Both the position numbers and the translations under genes were made by a program. Shown here piece by piece: positions 22,822 through 24,000 of a DNA stretch of 24,000 nt (position 1 is the first letter of the stretch; each line of letters begins with the position of its first letter). This DNA is from Embleya sp. NPDC008237. Lineage in GTDB: Bacteria > Actinomycetota > Actinomycetes > Streptomycetales > Streptomycetaceae. The notes under the pieces were generated by a model. It ran no database searches, was not told where the DNA came from, and saw nothing but the letters and a program-made list of their open reading frames with translations. The stretch spans positions 225,301 through 249,300 of the forward strand of contig NZ_JBIBGL010000018.1 in NCBI RefSeq assembly GCF_042956465.1, read 5' to 3'.

Positions 22822-24000
22822 CTAGATCCAGGTGCTGAACCACATGCGATCCAACCACCCGCTGCGGGAGATCGTCTCACCGGTGAAGATCGGATAGAAG
22901 TACAGGAAGTTCCAGGCGATCAGCGCGATGATCGCGACCACCCCGGCCGTGCCCCACGCGCGCCGCCGCTCGGACGCCCCCGGCGGGCCCAGCAGTGCGC
23001 CGAGCATCATGGTCACCGCCAGGCACAGGAACGGTACGAAGGCGACCGCGTAGAACAGGAAGATGGTCCGCTGCTGGTAGGCCATCCACGGCAGGTAGGC
23101 GGCGGCCAGGCCGCACAGGATCGCCCCCGCGCGCCAGTCGCGTCGGCCGGCCCAGCGGAACAGCAGGTAGCCGACCGCGATCACGCCGGTCCACCACAGC
23201 AGCGGCGTCCCGATGCCCAACACGGTCTGGTAGCAGTCCTGCTCGTCGCAGCCCGCCGTGCCCTGGTGCACGGTCTCGAAGTAGTAGGCCACCGGGCGAC
23301 CCAGGACCAGCCAGCTCCACGGATTGGACTGGTACGGGTGCGGGCTGTCCAGGCCGGTGTGGAACGACCACATTTCGGCGTGGTAGTGCCACAGGCTGCG
23401 CAGCGGCGCGGGCACCCACGACATGCCGAATTGGGGCAGTGGGATGCCGAAGACCTCGTCCGGGGACAGCCCGGCCCGGTCGTCGGCCCAGTGCCGGAAG
23501 TAGCCGCCGTCGGTCATGAACCAGCCGGTCCAGGACCAGATGTAGATCATCACCGCGATGACCACCGTGGACAGGAACGCGAACAGCACGTCGTGGCGCA
23601 GCGCCGCGCGGTACGGCCGGCGCGCCCCGCACGCGCGCCGGGTGCCGGCGTCCCACAGCACGGTCATGACGCCGAATGCGGCCAGGACGTAGATGCCGCT
23701 CCACTTGGTGCCGCAGGCCAGGCCCAGACAGATGCCGGCCATGATCCGCCACGGCCGCAGCCCGAACTTCATCGAGGCCGCCCGCGCCGCGTCCGGGCCG
23801 GACTTGAACATCCGGGCCGCGACCCCTCTGCTGTCGTCGCGGTCGATCAGCAGACAGCCGAACGCGGCCAGGATCCAGAACATCAGCACCAGGTCGAGCA
23901 GCGACGTGCGGCTCATCACGAAGTGCAGTCCGTCGAGTGCCATCAGCAGGCCGGCGACGCAGCCCAGCAGTGTCGAGCGGAACAGGCGGCGGCCGATCCG
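22822..24000 (-). CDS. pmt: Protein O-mannosyltransferase (GT39, polyprenol-phosphate-mannose-dependent; Pmt/Rv1002c-like), 5' end outside the window
   Basis: The frame is open to the window edge (RIGRRLFRSTLLGCVAGLLMALDGLHFVMSRTSLLDLVLMFWIL...). The protein is polytopic with GLACGTKWSGIYVLAAFG, WHYHAEMWSFHTGLDSPHPYQSNPWSWLVLGRPVAYY and the C-terminus YPIFTGETISRSGWLDRMWFSTWI. It is a partial gene: only the C-terminal ~390 aa are present. Confidence 0.85.
   Translation of the reverse strand, partial: RIGRRLFRSTLLGCVAGLLMALDGLHFVMSRTSLLDLVLMFWILAAFGCLLIDRDDSRGVAARMFKSGPDAARAASMKFGLRPWRIMAGICLGLACGTKWSGIYVLAAFGVMTVLWDAGTRRACGARRPYRAALRHDVLFAFLSTVVIAVMIYIWSWTGWFMTDGGYFRHWADDRAGLSPDEVFGIPLPQFGMSWVPAPLRSLWHYHAEMWSFHTGLDSPHPYQSNPWSWLVLGRPVAYYFETVHQGTAGCDEQDCYQTVLGIGTPLLWWTGVIAVGYLLFRWAGRRDWRAGAILCGLAAAYLPWMAYQQRTIFLFYAVAFVPFLCLAVTMMLGALLGPPGASERRRAWGTAGVVAIIALIAWNFLYFYPIFTGETISRSGWLDRMWFSTWI

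Overview
This is a very high-GC actinobacterial chromosomal segment (Streptomyces-like codon usage, with G/C at nearly every third position). I can support 21 protein-coding genes, one tRNA, several hairpin terminators, two candidate regulatory sites and four tandem-repeat tracts. All family assignments come from motifs read in the translated ORFs, because no database search was possible. The backbone is the conserved actinobacterial housekeeping/divisome neighbourhood: mscL, a SAF-domain gene, mtnP, an FmdB zinc-ribbon gene, 5-formyl-THF cyclo-ligase, galU, glp (moeA-like), moaC, mogA/moaB, a rimJ-like GNAT and sepX/glpR. Interspersed lineage-variable genes are two MFS transporters, a K+/H+ antiporter, a penicillin-acylase-family protein and a small GGDEF protein. 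On the left flank are an MFS efflux gene and a group-2 sigma factor. On the right, after tRNA-Ala, are an SGNH hydrolase, a TetR regulator and a protein O-mannosyltransferase cut off by the window end. I see no integrase, transposase, CRISPR array, toxin-antitoxin pair or recognisable defence genes, so I cannot support a novel multi-gene system here. Four things are most worth a second look. (1) The GGDEF protein upstream of galU-glp has an intact GGEEF site and I-site, but carries Ser where the guanine-specifying Asp normally sits, which is the Hypr-GGDEF signature. (2) A 17-bp x9 tandem array fills the glp-moaC spacer. (3) About 500 bp between the convergent SGNH and TetR genes consists of 71/72-bp higher-order repeats seeded from a terminator half-site, followed by a dense G-run tract. 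(4) The 373-bp rimJ-sepX spacer has an in-frame 27-bp triplicate and ambiguous coding signal. The many long overlapping ORFs in the track are high-GC shadow frames.
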